64,000 nucleotides of DNA from an uncultured Acidimicrobiaceae bacterium (GCA_947258985.1 CAMYKI010000012.1:43392-107391), one strand, 5' to 3'; positions 19,317 to 28,971 are shown, counted from the first letter of the stretch. Numbers and translations are program-made. The notes: generated by a model from the sequence alone, not told the origin.

Positions 19317-20297
19317 ATGACCGAAACGCTGCACCCGTTCACCTTGACCCCGGTCCTCTCTGCGCGACCGTGGGGGGGACGTCGCCTCGAGGAATACGGC
19401 AAGCATCTTCCCGATGGTGTGTTGATCGGCGAGAGCTGGGAGGTGGCCGACCTTCCGGATCACGTCGCCCCCTACATCGATGACCCGAGATCGCGGGTCT
19501 CGTCGGGACCGCTGGTTGAGCTGTCCCTGTCTGAGGTGATCGAAGGGTATGGCGAGGAATTGCTCGGGCCGATTCCGCCCACAGCTGAAGGCCGGTTCCC
19601 GCTTCTTGTCAAGTTGCTCGATGCCAGAGAGAATCTCTCGGTCCAGGTCCACCCCCACGAGGGCTACGTTGCCGAGCACCCCGACACCCGGCTGAAGGTG
19701 GAGTCGTGGTACGTGATGGAAGCGAGGCTCGGTGCGGCGATGTTCCACGGCTTCAAGCCGGGGCTGAGCCACCAGCAAATCGCCGCGAAGACTGGTACAA
19801 GGGACGTGGTGTCGACATTGAGGGCGAGCAGGCCTCTGCCTGGGAGCTTCCACAACGTCCCTCCCGGTCTCGTCCATTCGCTCGGTGCGGGTTTGATGGT
19901 CGCCGAGATCCAGACACCGTCGGACACGACTTACCGGCTGTATGACTGGGCGGTGGAGTACGGCCGAGAGCCTCGCCAACTCCATGCCGAGGAGGGTGCC
20001 GCCAGCATTCTGCTGGACCCCGTCGATGCCGGCAGCTTGCCTCCCGCAACGGGCCGGGGTGTGCGATTGCTCACCTCGAACAGCCACTACTGGATCCGCG
20101 AGCATCGCACCCATGCCGGGATCGAGTTGTCCAACCTGCCGGGGCCTCGAGTCATGATGGTGATTCGAGGGGATCTGTCTGTTGGAGATCTGACCCTTGC
20201 GCAAGGCGGGACTGCCATCATCCCGGCCTGTGCCGTCGGCACTCCCGTTGCCGCCCGGCGCCCGTCGACGATCCTGGAGATCGGGCTGGCCGGCTAG
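19317..20297 (+). CDS. manA: Type I phosphomannose isomerase
   Basis: PWGG, IGESWE, FPLLVKLLDARENLSVQVHP, VHSLG, EIQTPSDTTYRLYDW. Confidence 0.88.
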   Translation: MTETLHPFTLTPVLSARPWGGRRLEEYGKHLPDGVLIGESWEVADLPDHVAPYIDDPRSRVSSGPLVELSLSEVIEGYGEELLGPIPPTAEGRFPLLVKLLDARENLSVQVHPHEGYVAEHPDTRLKVESWYVMEARLGAAMFHGFKPGLSHQQIAAKTGTRDVVSTLRASRPLPGSFHNVPPGLVHSLGAGLMVAEIQTPSDTTYRLYDWAVEYGREPRQLHAEEGAASILLDPVDAGSLPPATGRGVRLLTSNSHYWIREHRTHAGIELSNLPGPRVMMVIRGDLSVGDLTLAQGGTAIIPACAVGTPVAARRPSTILEIGLAG

Positions 20298-21178
20298 CTC
20301 TCTGCTGCGTCCATCGCCAGAGCGATGGCGCCTATCAACCCGGCATCCTGACCGAACGCGGGGGCGACCACGTAGTCTTCGACGGAGCCGCGGAGCAGGT
20401 CATGGGTCGTGTACCCGTTGAGTTGATTGACCAGCTTGCTTCGTACGAGATCGATGAGGCCGTCCTGTTGCATGACCCCGCCGCCCAGCAGGATGCGTTC
20501 CGGGGCGGCGACGTAGGTAAATGTCCGGAGAGCCTGCGCCAGGTACGTCGCCTCGAGGTTCCACACCTCGGGTCGGTTGCCGAGTTCGGCGCTGGGAGCG
20601 CCCCATCGGTCGCCGATCGCAGGGCCGGCGGCCATACCTTCGAGACAGGCACCGTGGAACGGGCAATTTCCGGGATAGTCGTCGCCGGGGACCCGCTCCA
20701 ACGCGATGTGCCCCATCTCCGGATGACCCATTCCGTGGTGGACCTTGCCATCGATGAACAGGCCGGCTCCGAAACCCGTTCCGACAGTGATGTAGATGAA
20801 GTGCCGCAGGCCTTGCGCTGCACCCCATCGCCATTCCCCGAGGGCCGCACCGCCGACATCGACCTCGATCGCCGCCGGGATACCAAGCTCGCTACGCACG
20901 GCGTCGAGCACCGGCACGTTGCTCCAGCCCGGCTTGGGTGTCTGCGTCACGGAACCGTAGGAAGGGGATGTCGGCTCGAGGTCAAGCGGGCCGAAACAAG
21001 CGATACCGGCGGCGTCCACATCCCCCCAGCTCCGAATGAAATCGATGGCTGCCCCAAGCGTTTCGTCCGGCGCGGTCGTTGGAATGGTGGTGTCGGCGAC
21101 GATGTCGCGGCCGCGGGCGACTGCCACCCTGAACTTGGTTCCGCCCGCCTCGATGGCTGCGTAGTGCTGCTCGTTCAC
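20294..21178 (-). CDS. ROK-family sugar kinase (fructokinase-like)
   Basis: IEAGGTKF, ACFGPLDL, TPKPGW, YITVGTGFG, HPEMGH, CPFHGACLEGMAAG. Confidence 0.92.
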   Translation of the reverse strand: MNEQHYAAIEAGGTKFRVAVARGRDIVADTTIPTTAPDETLGAAIDFIRSWGDVDAAGIACFGPLDLEPTSPSYGSVTQTPKPGWSNVPVLDAVRSELGIPAAIEVDVGGAALGEWRWGAAQGLRHFIYITVGTGFGAGLFIDGKVHHGMGHPEMGHIALERVPGDDYPGNCPFHGACLEGMAAGPAIGDRWGAPSAELGNRPEVWNLEATYLAQALRTFTYVAAPERILLGGGVMQQDGLIDLVRSKLVNQLNGYTTHDLLRGSVEDYVVAPAFGQDAGLIGAIALAMDAAES

Positions 21179-21205
21179 AGGGGAAACGATAGAGCCCCAC
21201 CAGTG

Positions 21206-21253
21206 CTTCTTGCGCAGATGGTGCCGGTATACCGGCCTGAGTTACGCCGGAAG
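21206..21253. repeat. REP-like palindromic element, copy 1 (inverted relative to the 42.3-kb copies)
   Basis: CTTCTTGCGCAGATGGTGCCGGTATACCGGCCTGAGTTACGCCGGAAG; reverse complement aligns with 42329-42376. Confidence 0.75.
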
Positions 21254-21296
21254 CGGAGGGGGGCAGCCCCCTTGTTCCCGCGGAGGCGGCGTCGTC

Positions 21297-23834
21297 CTAG
21301 AAGCTGCCGCTCAGGTACTGATTCACCGTCTCTCTCGAGAAGACGGTCTCGCAAGGGATGCCGTTATTATCGGCATCCATGCGCGCCGGTGCACCCTCGA
21401 GCATCCAGTAGGCAACGGCCACCTCATACTCGAACACATCGTCGGCGAGCCCGAGATCGGCGCATAGTTGCCCGCTCGGCAGCCCGACAGCCGCGTTGAG
21501 GAACGACTCATAGTCCTCGGGGAACACGGTCTCGCACGGTATGCCGTTGCCGTCGGCGTCCATCCGATCCGGGGCCCCTTCGGCCAGCCAGTAAGGGACC
21601 GCAGTCCAGAACGCGTAGCCCATGTCCCGCAGATCGCGGCACAGCAGCCCCGCCTCGATCCCGGTCTTGTTGCGTGGTGCGGGCGCTTCACCCGCCAGGA
21701 ATATCTGCTGCCATTCGGGCCGTGGCGGATTGGTTGCCGAATCGAGTTGGGCGCGCCACTCATCATCTGTCAGCCGCTGCCCGGTGTTCCAGAACTCGTA
21801 GTAGGAGTAGACCCCACCGCTCGCCACCTGGAAGTTGCCGTCGTCGTCGGGCACGAGCACGAAGATGTTGTCCACGTATCCGGTGCCGAGTTCCAACACC
21901 GCCACGGCATTGCTCATCACATCGGCGATCAGGGCCGCATGCGAGTCGGGTCCGTTCTCCCAATCGAGGTCGGCATCCGAGGTCTGCACCCAATAGCCCT
22001 CGAGTTGGCCGCCGATCCAGCTGAGCTCCTCGTTGTCCTCCTCGCTGATGGGTAGGCCGGCGAGCTCGTCGCGGGCAATGCCTCCCAACCAGTTGTAGAA
22101 GCGTTCCAGGTCGGTTAGCAGGAGGGAGTACGCCTCCGGCAGAAGCCCACGGTCCTCGAGACCGCGCCGCATCAAAGTCGCCACCGAAGCGAGACGTTCG
22201 AATGCGACCGGATCCGGCTCCACCCAGTGACGGGGTGGTGGCGGGAGCGCTTCTCCGCCGCCTTCGGCCACGGCTTGCTTGGTGTAGAGAATCGTGTCGT
22301 GTTTCAGTTCTGTGTAGGAGCTGAAGCCTGTCTGGTGAGACTTGGCGTCCCAGGCGGCCGTCTGCATGAAGTCCGGGTACTCGGCACCCCTTTCCTGCCA
22401 CATCGGCTGCACCGCCCACAACCAGGCGTCGTACACGGTCGATCCCCAGTCGGCTTCGTCGCGTCCTGCGATGAGGTCCTGCATTGCGGCGAGCTGCTCG
22501 TCGTAGCCGTCGAAGTCGGTGCCACCAAGCTCCTCCTGGGTGGCCAGCGCCCAATCGGAGCCAAATGCGGCGGCGAGATCCAGCGGCGAAGCCTCGAACC
22601 GCTGATTCACATTGGGCATGACCAGCTGGTCGAAGATGTAGGAGTCGATGACCAGCCGGGCGCCCATGATGCGTACCGACGCCGCCTCCGGGTTGATCTC
22701 GACCGGTCGCATGGCAAGCAATCCCTGGCCGACGGCATCAACGGTCGCCGGAGCGGCGAACACGGTGAGGTCACTCCAGCCCGACGGGACCACCTGCTCG
22801 ACCACGGCGCCCACCTCGAGCGGCGTGTAGTCGTCGGCGGCTCCGACCAACCAGGCCGTGGGTTCGTAGATGAGCTGCCACTGCTCTACCACCTGCGGGT
22901 CCGCCAGCATCACCCGGCTCGCCAGGATGCCAAGCAGGAGTCCGTCGTCGACGAGGAAGGCGTTGTTGCCGAGCTGAGACATGCCGCGGAAGAAGCGCTC
23001 GAGCTCCTCGCTGCGGGTGTAGTGACCGCGCGGGCGGAACAGCGAGTAATCGATCTTGGTGGTGATGAACCCTGAGTTGGCGTCACCGCCGGTGGTCGGA
23101 GACAGAGTTCGTTCGGTGGCTGCCATGATCAGATCCACTTCCGCCTGGGCGAGTGGTCCTATCGGACCGACATCGAGTTCCAGCACGGTGGCGGCAGCTT
23201 CGTAGAACTGGGTCACCCGGCCGGCGGCTTCGGCGAGATCTGTCCCGGCGAGTTCGTTCTCCTGAGCGCGAGCGAGTTCTACGAGACGCAGCACCATGTC
23301 TTCCAGAACCGGGAGCAGGGTCTGCTGCTCGGTCTCGCGCAGGATCTTGTCGAACGCCAGGTGCCATACGTGATAGGCCGTGTCGGTGGTGAGAAAGATG
23401 GGCCAGCCGCCGTATTCGGCTCCCTCGTATATGTGGTGAAAGTGGCGGGTCGTGCCCGGGACAACAACGAAGCCATTTGCCGCCAACTGGCCCTTGGCAT
23501 CGTTGTTTTCGAGGTAGTCGCCGATCCAGTCCGCCACAAAGACACCGCCGAGGCTGCCGGGTGTAGCGGGGCCGGCATAGGCGGGCCCGTCCGACAGGAG
23601 CGGGATCGAGGCGAGTTGGCCGAACGCTGTCCTTTCGCCCGCGGGGGAGACGATGGGGGGCAGAGTTGTGGTGTCGGTCTGCGGGAAAGAGGTCGTCGTG
23701 GTCGGTTCGGCCGCGGTGGTGGTCGGTTGCTCGGCCGTCGTCGGCGCCGGCGTTGGGGCGGGTTCCTCGTCGGACGTGCAGGCAGCCGCAAGGAGTGCGA
23801 ATGCGGCCAGGGAGATGAACAAGCGTTTCACCAC
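21297..23834 (-). CDS. DUF3160-like lipoprotein with two C-terminal DxDxNG-CE repeats
   Basis: LLAAAC lipobox, Thr/Pro linker, DYSLFRPRGHYT, SYTELKHDTILYTKQ, GGVYSYYEF, RLTDDEWR; GGAGG RBS. Confidence 0.85.
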   Translation of the reverse strand: MVKRLFISLAAFALLAAACTSDEEPAPTPAPTTAEQPTTTAAEPTTTTSFPQTDTTTLPPIVSPAGERTAFGQLASIPLLSDGPAYAGPATPGSLGGVFVADWIGDYLENNDAKGQLAANGFVVVPGTTRHFHHIYEGAEYGGWPIFLTTDTAYHVWHLAFDKILRETEQQTLLPVLEDMVLRLVELARAQENELAGTDLAEAAGRVTQFYEAAATVLELDVGPIGPLAQAEVDLIMAATERTLSPTTGGDANSGFITTKIDYSLFRPRGHYTRSEELERFFRGMSQLGNNAFLVDDGLLLGILASRVMLADPQVVEQWQLIYEPTAWLVGAADDYTPLEVGAVVEQVVPSGWSDLTVFAAPATVDAVGQGLLAMRPVEINPEAASVRIMGARLVIDSYIFDQLVMPNVNQRFEASPLDLAAAFGSDWALATQEELGGTDFDGYDEQLAAMQDLIAGRDEADWGSTVYDAWLWAVQPMWQERGAEYPDFMQTAAWDAKSHQTGFSSYTELKHDTILYTKQAVAEGGGEALPPPPRHWVEPDPVAFERLASVATLMRRGLEDRGLLPEAYSLLLTDLERFYNWLGGIARDELAGLPISEEDNEELSWIGGQLEGYWVQTSDADLDWENGPDSHAALIADVMSNAVAVLELGTGYVDNIFVLVPDDDGNFQVASGGVYSYYEFWNTGQRLTDDEWRAQLDSATNPPRPEWQQIFLAGEAPAPRNKTGIEAGLLCRDLRDMGYAFWTAVPYWLAEGAPDRMDADGNGIPCETVFPEDYESFLNAAVGLPSGQLCADLGLADDVFEYEVAVAYWMLEGAPARMDADNNGIPCETVFSRETVNQYLSGSF

Positions 23835-25314
23835 GACCTCCGCTGTTGAGTGATCCTAAGGCTAGGACCCATCGGTCGAAGCCCCTAGCCAAGAAACGTT
23901 CGAACTGCCCCCGCGGTTTCCGGGTTTTGGGGATGTCCGGCGCCGTGTCGAAACCGAAGCCGTTCCATTCCCACGCGCCACCGGCGACCACGGTTGGGTG
24001 GTCGAGCTGGTCGTGTACGACGGCGATGGACCCGTCACAAACCACTAATCCGGCGACGGGCATCACGACCGTCCCCGCTACCCAGATCTCGGTGAAGTCG
24101 TCCGGGTCGTAGACGCCGACATGGGCACTACGCCCGGCGGCATCGGACCACTGCACATCGGGGCGAAGCTCGTTGAGAGGGGTTGGCTGGAAGGGCCGCC
24201 GAAACGAAACAACGAGATTGGTGCTCCCATCGCCGGTCACATCACCCCCGGCGACCGCCTGCAAGTCGCCATACGAAAACTCAGCGACATCGACGGGCTC
24301 AATTGGCTGCGCGACTGCATCCCGGGCGAGATTCCACCAGGAACCATGCAGCCACACGGCGTCCTGCTCGGGCGGCAGCCACTGAACGAATTCGACACGC
24401 CGATCGGGGTGCTCGGTCAAGCCGACGCGGTAGGCGATGACCCCGTTGCGGCCTGCCATGACCTCGAGGATCGCTCCTTCGGTTCGGTCCCGACCGGACT
24501 GATCAAACAAGAAGTTGCCCAGCGAGGTGGCCGCGATCATCGGGCGCGCCTCGAGTAGGCGCACCGGCTGCACGACGTGAGCTCCGTGTCCCCAAACCAC
24601 GTCGGCTCCCGCGGTGTCGAGGGCTTCCGAGATCTCAACCATGCCCGGATCACTCACAGGGAGGTATTCAGTTCCGCCGTGGACCGAAACCACCACGACG
24701 TCGACCCTCGGCCGCAGATGGCGCACCGCAGCAATGGCTTCCGCTTCGTCCCAGTTGGCAACTCCTGGGCCCGTCCCCGCAGGTGTGCCGACTCCTGTGG
24801 CGTCAAAGGCGAGGAACCCCACTGAGAGATCACTCCTCACGATGGTTGGGGCGACCGCGTCGCGATGTGTAGCCCCCGCCCCGACGGTCTTCATCCCGGC
24901 ACCCTCGACAGCGGTGATCGTGTCGAGCAACCCCGCCGGTCCGGCGTCCGTGCTGTGATTGTTGGGCAGCGACATGACATCGAACCCCGCCGCTGCCAGC
25001 ACCGCCGCAGTCGAGGGATCCGCTTCCAGCATGTTCTCGTTTGGCGACGTATGGGGTTCATCGGTCAACGGTGACTCGAGGTTGGCGCCGACGACATCGG
25101 CCGCATCGAGAAGATGCCGCACTCCGGCGAAGACCCCGTCAGGGTCGGCCTGCATCACCCCGGCCACTCCGCGCCCGGTCATGACATCACCCACGAGCAG
25201 AATCCGCACAGTCGGCCCTTCGACCGGAGGAGGCTGGGTCACCGGCATCTGATTGATCTTGCCGCAACCCGCCACCAGCAACAGGCTGCAAAGGAGTCCG
25301 CTCAGAGTCCGCAT
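23083..25314 (-). CDS. CapA/PgsA-family (poly-gamma-glutamate synthesis-like) metallophosphoesterase lipoprotein; recognisable part ends near 23930 but the frame has no stop until 23083
   Basis: LVAGC lipobox; VGDVMTGR, ANLESPL, LPNNHSTDAG, SVHGGTEY, WGHGAHVVQ, SLGNFLFDQ; FG-GAP-like GDVTGDG. Confidence 0.75.
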   Translation of the reverse strand: MRTLSGLLCSLLLVAGCGKINQMPVTQPPPVEGPTVRILLVGDVMTGRGVAGVMQADPDGVFAGVRHLLDAADVVGANLESPLTDEPHTSPNENMLEADPSTAAVLAAAGFDVMSLPNNHSTDAGPAGLLDTITAVEGAGMKTVGAGATHRDAVAPTIVRSDLSVGFLAFDATGVGTPAGTGPGVANWDEAEAIAAVRHLRPRVDVVVVSVHGGTEYLPVSDPGMVEISEALDTAGADVVWGHGAHVVQPVRLLEARPMIAATSLGNFLFDQSGRDRTEGAILEVMAGRNGVIAYRVGLTEHPDRRVEFVQWLPPEQDAVWLHGSWWNLARDAVAQPIEPVDVAEFSYGDLQAVAGGDVTGDGSTNLVVSFRRPFQPTPLNELRPDVQWSDAAGRSAHVGVYDPDDFTEIWVAGTVVMPVAGLVVCDGSIAVVHDQLDHPTVVAGGAWEWNGFGFDTAPDIPKTRKPRGQFERFLARGFDRWVLALGSLNSGGRGETLVHLPGRIRTPCGCLHVRRGTRPNAGADDGRATDHHRGRTDHDDLFPADRHHNSAPHRLPRGRKDSVRPTRLDPAPVGRARLCRPRYTRQPRRCLCGGLDRRLPRKQRCQGPVGGKWLRCCPGHDPPLSPHIRGSRIRRLAHLSHHRHGLSRMAPGVRQDPARDRAADPAPGSGRHGAASRRTRSRSGERTRRDRSRRSRRPGDPVLRSCRHRAGTRCRSDRTTRPGGSGSDHGSHRTNSVSDHRR

Positions 25315-25381
25315 CAGTCCATTGTCGCCGACGCAGCGCCCTAGCCGCTGTGATCCGTCGGCCGTCGTGAGATACTCGCGT

Positions 25382-26353
25382 ATGCGATTAGTTGTCTATG
25401 GAGCCGGTGCGGTCGGCGGTGTTGTTGGCGTCCAACTCCATCGAGCCGGGTACGACGTCACCCTCGTAGCCAGAGGTCCGCACCTGCAGGCGATGCAGCA
25501 GGGCGGGCTGGTGCTCGAAACGCCAATGGAACGAGTGACCGTCGACATCCCCGCCGTCGACCGCATCTCGAGGGCGGGAGTCGATCGGGACACCGTTGTT
25601 CTGTTGACGATGAAATCGCAAGACACGGCCGACGCTCTCGACGAACTGCGTCAGGTTGCCGGGCGTACGACCCCGGTGGTCTGCATCCAGAACGGCGTCG
25701 AAAACGAGCGCATGGCTCTTCGTTGTTTTCCGAACGTCTACGGCGTCTCTGTGATGTGTCCGTGTGCGTTCCTCGAGCCGGGGATCGTTCAGGCCTACTC
25801 CGCACCTGTGACGGGAATCCTGGACATCGGCAGGTACCCAGCGGGTACAGACGAAACCTGTGAGGCGGTCGCCGTCGCGTTATCCGAGGCCACCTTCGTT
25901 TCCGAGGCAAGGCCCGACATCATGCGCTGGAAGTACGGCAAGCTGATCCGCAATCTACGCAACGCCATCGAGGCGGCGTGTGGTCCGCAGGCCAGGGATG
26001 GACGCATCCGTGAGATGGTGACTCAAGAGGCAGAACAGGTCCTTGCGGCAGCCGGGATCGACTACATCTCCGAGGATGAAGACCGGGCCCGGCGCGGCGA
26101 CATTCTTACGCCCGGAAGCATCGCCGGTGCCAAACGACCCGGTGGCTCGGTATGGCAGAGCATTGCCAGGAACGTCGGTTCTGTCGAGACCGACTACCTC
26201 AGCGGCCACATCGTTCTGCTGGGGCGGCTCACCGGGATCGCAACGCCGGCCAACGCCATCCTTCAGCAGCTGGGCGCCGAGCTGGCGGCGGGCACTCGAG
26301 CCCCACGCAGTGTCGATGAGGCGGGCTTTCTCGAGATCCTCGCAGGGCGGTGA
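25382..26353 (+). CDS. Ketopantoate reductase (PanE/ApbA) family protein
   Basis: YGAGAVGG, VARGPHL, TMKSQDT, IQNGVENE, WKYGKL, ETDYLSG. Confidence 0.9.
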   Translation: MRLVVYGAGAVGGVVGVQLHRAGYDVTLVARGPHLQAMQQGGLVLETPMERVTVDIPAVDRISRAGVDRDTVVLLTMKSQDTADALDELRQVAGRTTPVVCIQNGVENERMALRCFPNVYGVSVMCPCAFLEPGIVQAYSAPVTGILDIGRYPAGTDETCEAVAVALSEATFVSEARPDIMRWKYGKLIRNLRNAIEAACGPQARDGRIREMVTQEAEQVLAAAGIDYISEDEDRARRGDILTPGSIAGAKRPGGSVWQSIARNVGSVETDYLSGHIVLLGRLTGIATPANAILQQLGAELAAGTRAPRSVDEAGFLEILAGR

Positions 26354-26360
26354 GCGCGCC

Positions 26361-27113
26361 GTGTCGTTTCCCGAGGCGACATACAGGTTCTTCGGAGACT
26401 TGATCGACCTCCTCAACGACCAACCTCCCTCCGGGATCGTCGTCCGTACCTTCGACGAGTCACCCGGGGTGAAGGATCAGATAGAGGCCTGCGGGGTGCC
26501 GCACACGGAGGTCGACTTGATCCTTGCCAACGGCGAGCCTGTCGGGTTCGACCATCGGGTTGTGAACGGTGATGTGATCAGCGTGTACCCGCGCTTCGAG
26601 TCGCTGGATATCTCGACGGTGTCGCGGGTGCGCTCCGAACCGCTGCCCGAGACATTGTTTCTGGTCGACATCAACCTCGGCAAACTCGCCAAGTACCTTC
26701 GGCTGCTCGGGTTTGATGCGCTGGCCGACGGGAATCTCGAGGATGCCGAGCTTGCCACGACCTCGGTCGAGCAGGGTCGCATCTTGCTCACAAGGGATCG
26801 GCCGCTGCTGAAACGGGCCATCGTGACCCACGGCTACCTGGTGCGCTCTACTGAACCTGCGAGACAGATTGTCGAGGTTCTCCGACGATTCGACCTCGCA
26901 GGTTCCGTCGATCCGTTCTCGCGATGTATGGAATGCAACGGCTTAGTCCGCTCTGTGGAGAAGCGAGACATTGAGCATCTGCTCGAACCGCTCACCCGCA
27001 AGCATTTCAACGACTTCACCCAGTGCGAAGGCTGCGGACGGGTCTTCTGGCGCGGGTCACACTTCAACCGGCTGCGCAACGTCATCGATGAGACCCTGGC
27101 GAACTTGGCCTGA
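26361..27113 (+). CDS. Mut7-C RNase (PIN-like) with N-terminal ubiquitin-like domain
   Basis: VKDQIEACGVPHTEVDLILANG (Ub-like), FLVDINLGKLAKYLRLLGFD, RILLTRD, zinc ribbon CMECN...CEGCGRVFWRGSH. Confidence 0.9.
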   Translation: MSFPEATYRFFGDLIDLLNDQPPSGIVVRTFDESPGVKDQIEACGVPHTEVDLILANGEPVGFDHRVVNGDVISVYPRFESLDISTVSRVRSEPLPETLFLVDINLGKLAKYLRLLGFDALADGNLEDAELATTSVEQGRILLTRDRPLLKRAIVTHGYLVRSTEPARQIVEVLRRFDLAGSVDPFSRCMECNGLVRSVEKRDIEHLLEPLTRKHFNDFTQCEGCGRVFWRGSHFNRLRNVIDETLANLA

Positions 27114-27158
27114 TCCAGGACTGCGATACTGGTTCCGTCGGCCCTAAGGAACAGCGCA

Positions 27159-27869
27159 GTGGACGTGAGTATCGCCGGTTCGCGCGGAGACATGCCGCTC
27201 TATGTCGGCGTTCCAGATGGCGAAGGCCCGTGGCCCGGGGTGGTGGTTGTCTCCGACGCCCTGGGGATGACGACCGATCTCTGCAATCAGGTGGATTGGC
27301 TGGCGGGTGAGGGCTACCTGGCCGCGGCACCGAACCTCTACTACTGGGGTGGCCGGGGACGTTGCCTGTTCACCACGATGCGTCAGTTCCTCTCCGGCGA
27401 GGGCCAGGTGTACGACGATCTCGAAGCGGTGCGGCGTTGGCTACTAGAACACGATATGTGTAGCAGCAAGGTCGGGGTCATCGGTTTCTGCCTCGGCGGC
27501 GGCTTTGCTTTGCTTCTTGCCGGCATGGGTGGATACGACGCGGCAAGCGCCAACTACGGCGGGCTCACCAAAAAGTCGCTGGCGACTCTTGCCAACGCCT
27601 GCCCGGTTGTCGGCAGCTACGGCGCCCTCGACAAGGCTCTGAGCAAAGAGCCGAGGCGGATCGCAGACACGCTGTCGGCCAACTCGATTCCCTATGACGT
27701 GAAGGTCTACGCCAATGCCGGGCACGGGTTTCTCAGCGATCACGTGGACGAGGAGGTCCCGGCCTGGGCGATGATCATGGGCAAGCTCTCCACCAATGAA
27801 TATCACGAGCCGTCGGCGACGGATGCGAGGGGCCGTATCGTGGCGTTCTTCAACGAGCACTTGGCCTGA
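27159..27869 (+). CDS. Dienelactone hydrolase family protein
   Basis: GPWPGVVV, GFCLGG nucleophile elbow, YANAGHGF. Confidence 0.92.
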   Translation: MDVSIAGSRGDMPLYVGVPDGEGPWPGVVVVSDALGMTTDLCNQVDWLAGEGYLAAAPNLYYWGGRGRCLFTTMRQFLSGEGQVYDDLEAVRRWLLEHDMCSSKVGVIGFCLGGGFALLLAGMGGYDAASANYGGLTKKSLATLANACPVVGSYGALDKALSKEPRRIADTLSANSIPYDVKVYANAGHGFLSDHVDEEVPAWAMIMGKLSTNEYHEPSATDARGRIVAFFNEHLA

Positions 27870-27884
27870 GAGAGGGTTGCAGGG

Positions 27885-28886
27885 GTGACGACGAAGCTCG
27901 GCGTGATCGACTGGCTGCTCGAGAGTGAGGAGCCGTGGACTCGGTATCGCACGCTGATTGATATTGCCGACCGTCCCGACGACGACCCCGAGGTGATCGA
28001 CGCCCGCCACGAGATGCTCGAGCATCCCGCAGTACTCGGGCTGATCCGGCAGTCTGCTTCCTGGCCCGCCTACCCGCTGAAGCGACACAACGATGCCGCT
28101 CATCCGCTGTACGCGATCAGCACGCTGGCCGACTTCGGCCTCCAGCGGGAGGATCTCGAAATCGCTGAGATAGCCGGATTGGTGATGGCGCACTTCGACG
28201 GCGACGGCTTCGAGACGCTGCTCTGGCTGCCTCGATTCCTCACCAAACAAGAAGACGTCGAAGCATGGAGTTGGATGTTGTGTGACTCTCCGACACTGCT
28301 GCACTCCTTGCTCGCCTTCGGCTACGGAGACGAACCATCGGTCCGACAAGCTGTGACCGCCCTCGCCGGCAGAGTCGCCGACAACGGATGGCGATGCGGC
28401 GCAGCCGAAGGCTTGCCCAAATTCTCAGGACCCGGGCGAAAGGACGACACGTGTCCCATCGCCACCATCTACTCGCTCAAGGCGCTCTCGATGGTCCCGG
28501 AATTGCGCGACTCGACAATCACGGCCAGCGGCATCGAGGCAATCCTCTCCCACTGGGAACATCAGCAGGAACTCAAGCTGAGATTGTTCGGGATCGGCAC
28601 CGACTTCCGCAAGCTCAAATATCCCTACGTCTGGTACGACATCCTGCACGTCAGTGACGTCATCAGCCGTTTCCCGGCCGGCCGCAACGACGACAGGTTC
28701 GCCGAGATGGTGAGTCAGATCGAGGTGCAGGCCGATGAAGATGGTCGCTACACCGCAGGTTCGATGTATCGAGCATGGAAAGGGTGGAGCTTCGCCGAAA
28801 AGAGCGTGCCGTCGCCGTTCCTCACCATGCTGGTGAAGCGCATCCAGGCTCGGATGGCCTCGGGGACCGCTGGACCAATGTCGTGA
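27885..28886 (+). CDS. Conserved hypothetical protein, alpha/alpha-barrel (prenyltransferase-repeat-like)
   Basis: WLLESEEPWTRYRTL, DNGWRC, FGIGTDFRKLKYPYVWYDILHV. Confidence 0.65.
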   Translation: MTTKLGVIDWLLESEEPWTRYRTLIDIADRPDDDPEVIDARHEMLEHPAVLGLIRQSASWPAYPLKRHNDAAHPLYAISTLADFGLQREDLEIAEIAGLVMAHFDGDGFETLLWLPRFLTKQEDVEAWSWMLCDSPTLLHSLLAFGYGDEPSVRQAVTALAGRVADNGWRCGAAEGLPKFSGPGRKDDTCPIATIYSLKALSMVPELRDSTITASGIEAILSHWEHQQELKLRLFGIGTDFRKLKYPYVWYDILHVSDVISRFPAGRNDDRFAEMVSQIEVQADEDGRYTAGSMYRAWKGWSFAEKSVPSPFLTMLVKRIQARMASGTAGPMS

Positions 28887-28971
28887 GGGCTCAGCACTAC
28901 AACCAGGGCTAGGTGGTCTTTCAGGGTGATTCCCCATGGCGCGACCCGACCGTGGTGTCGATCATTGCCCC

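Noticed and set aside
23850-23935. Riboswitch (c-di-GMP or c-di-AMP) upstream of the DUF3160 gene
   Set aside because: Hairpins are present but the conserved cores I know for these families are absent; an Rfam scan would settle it
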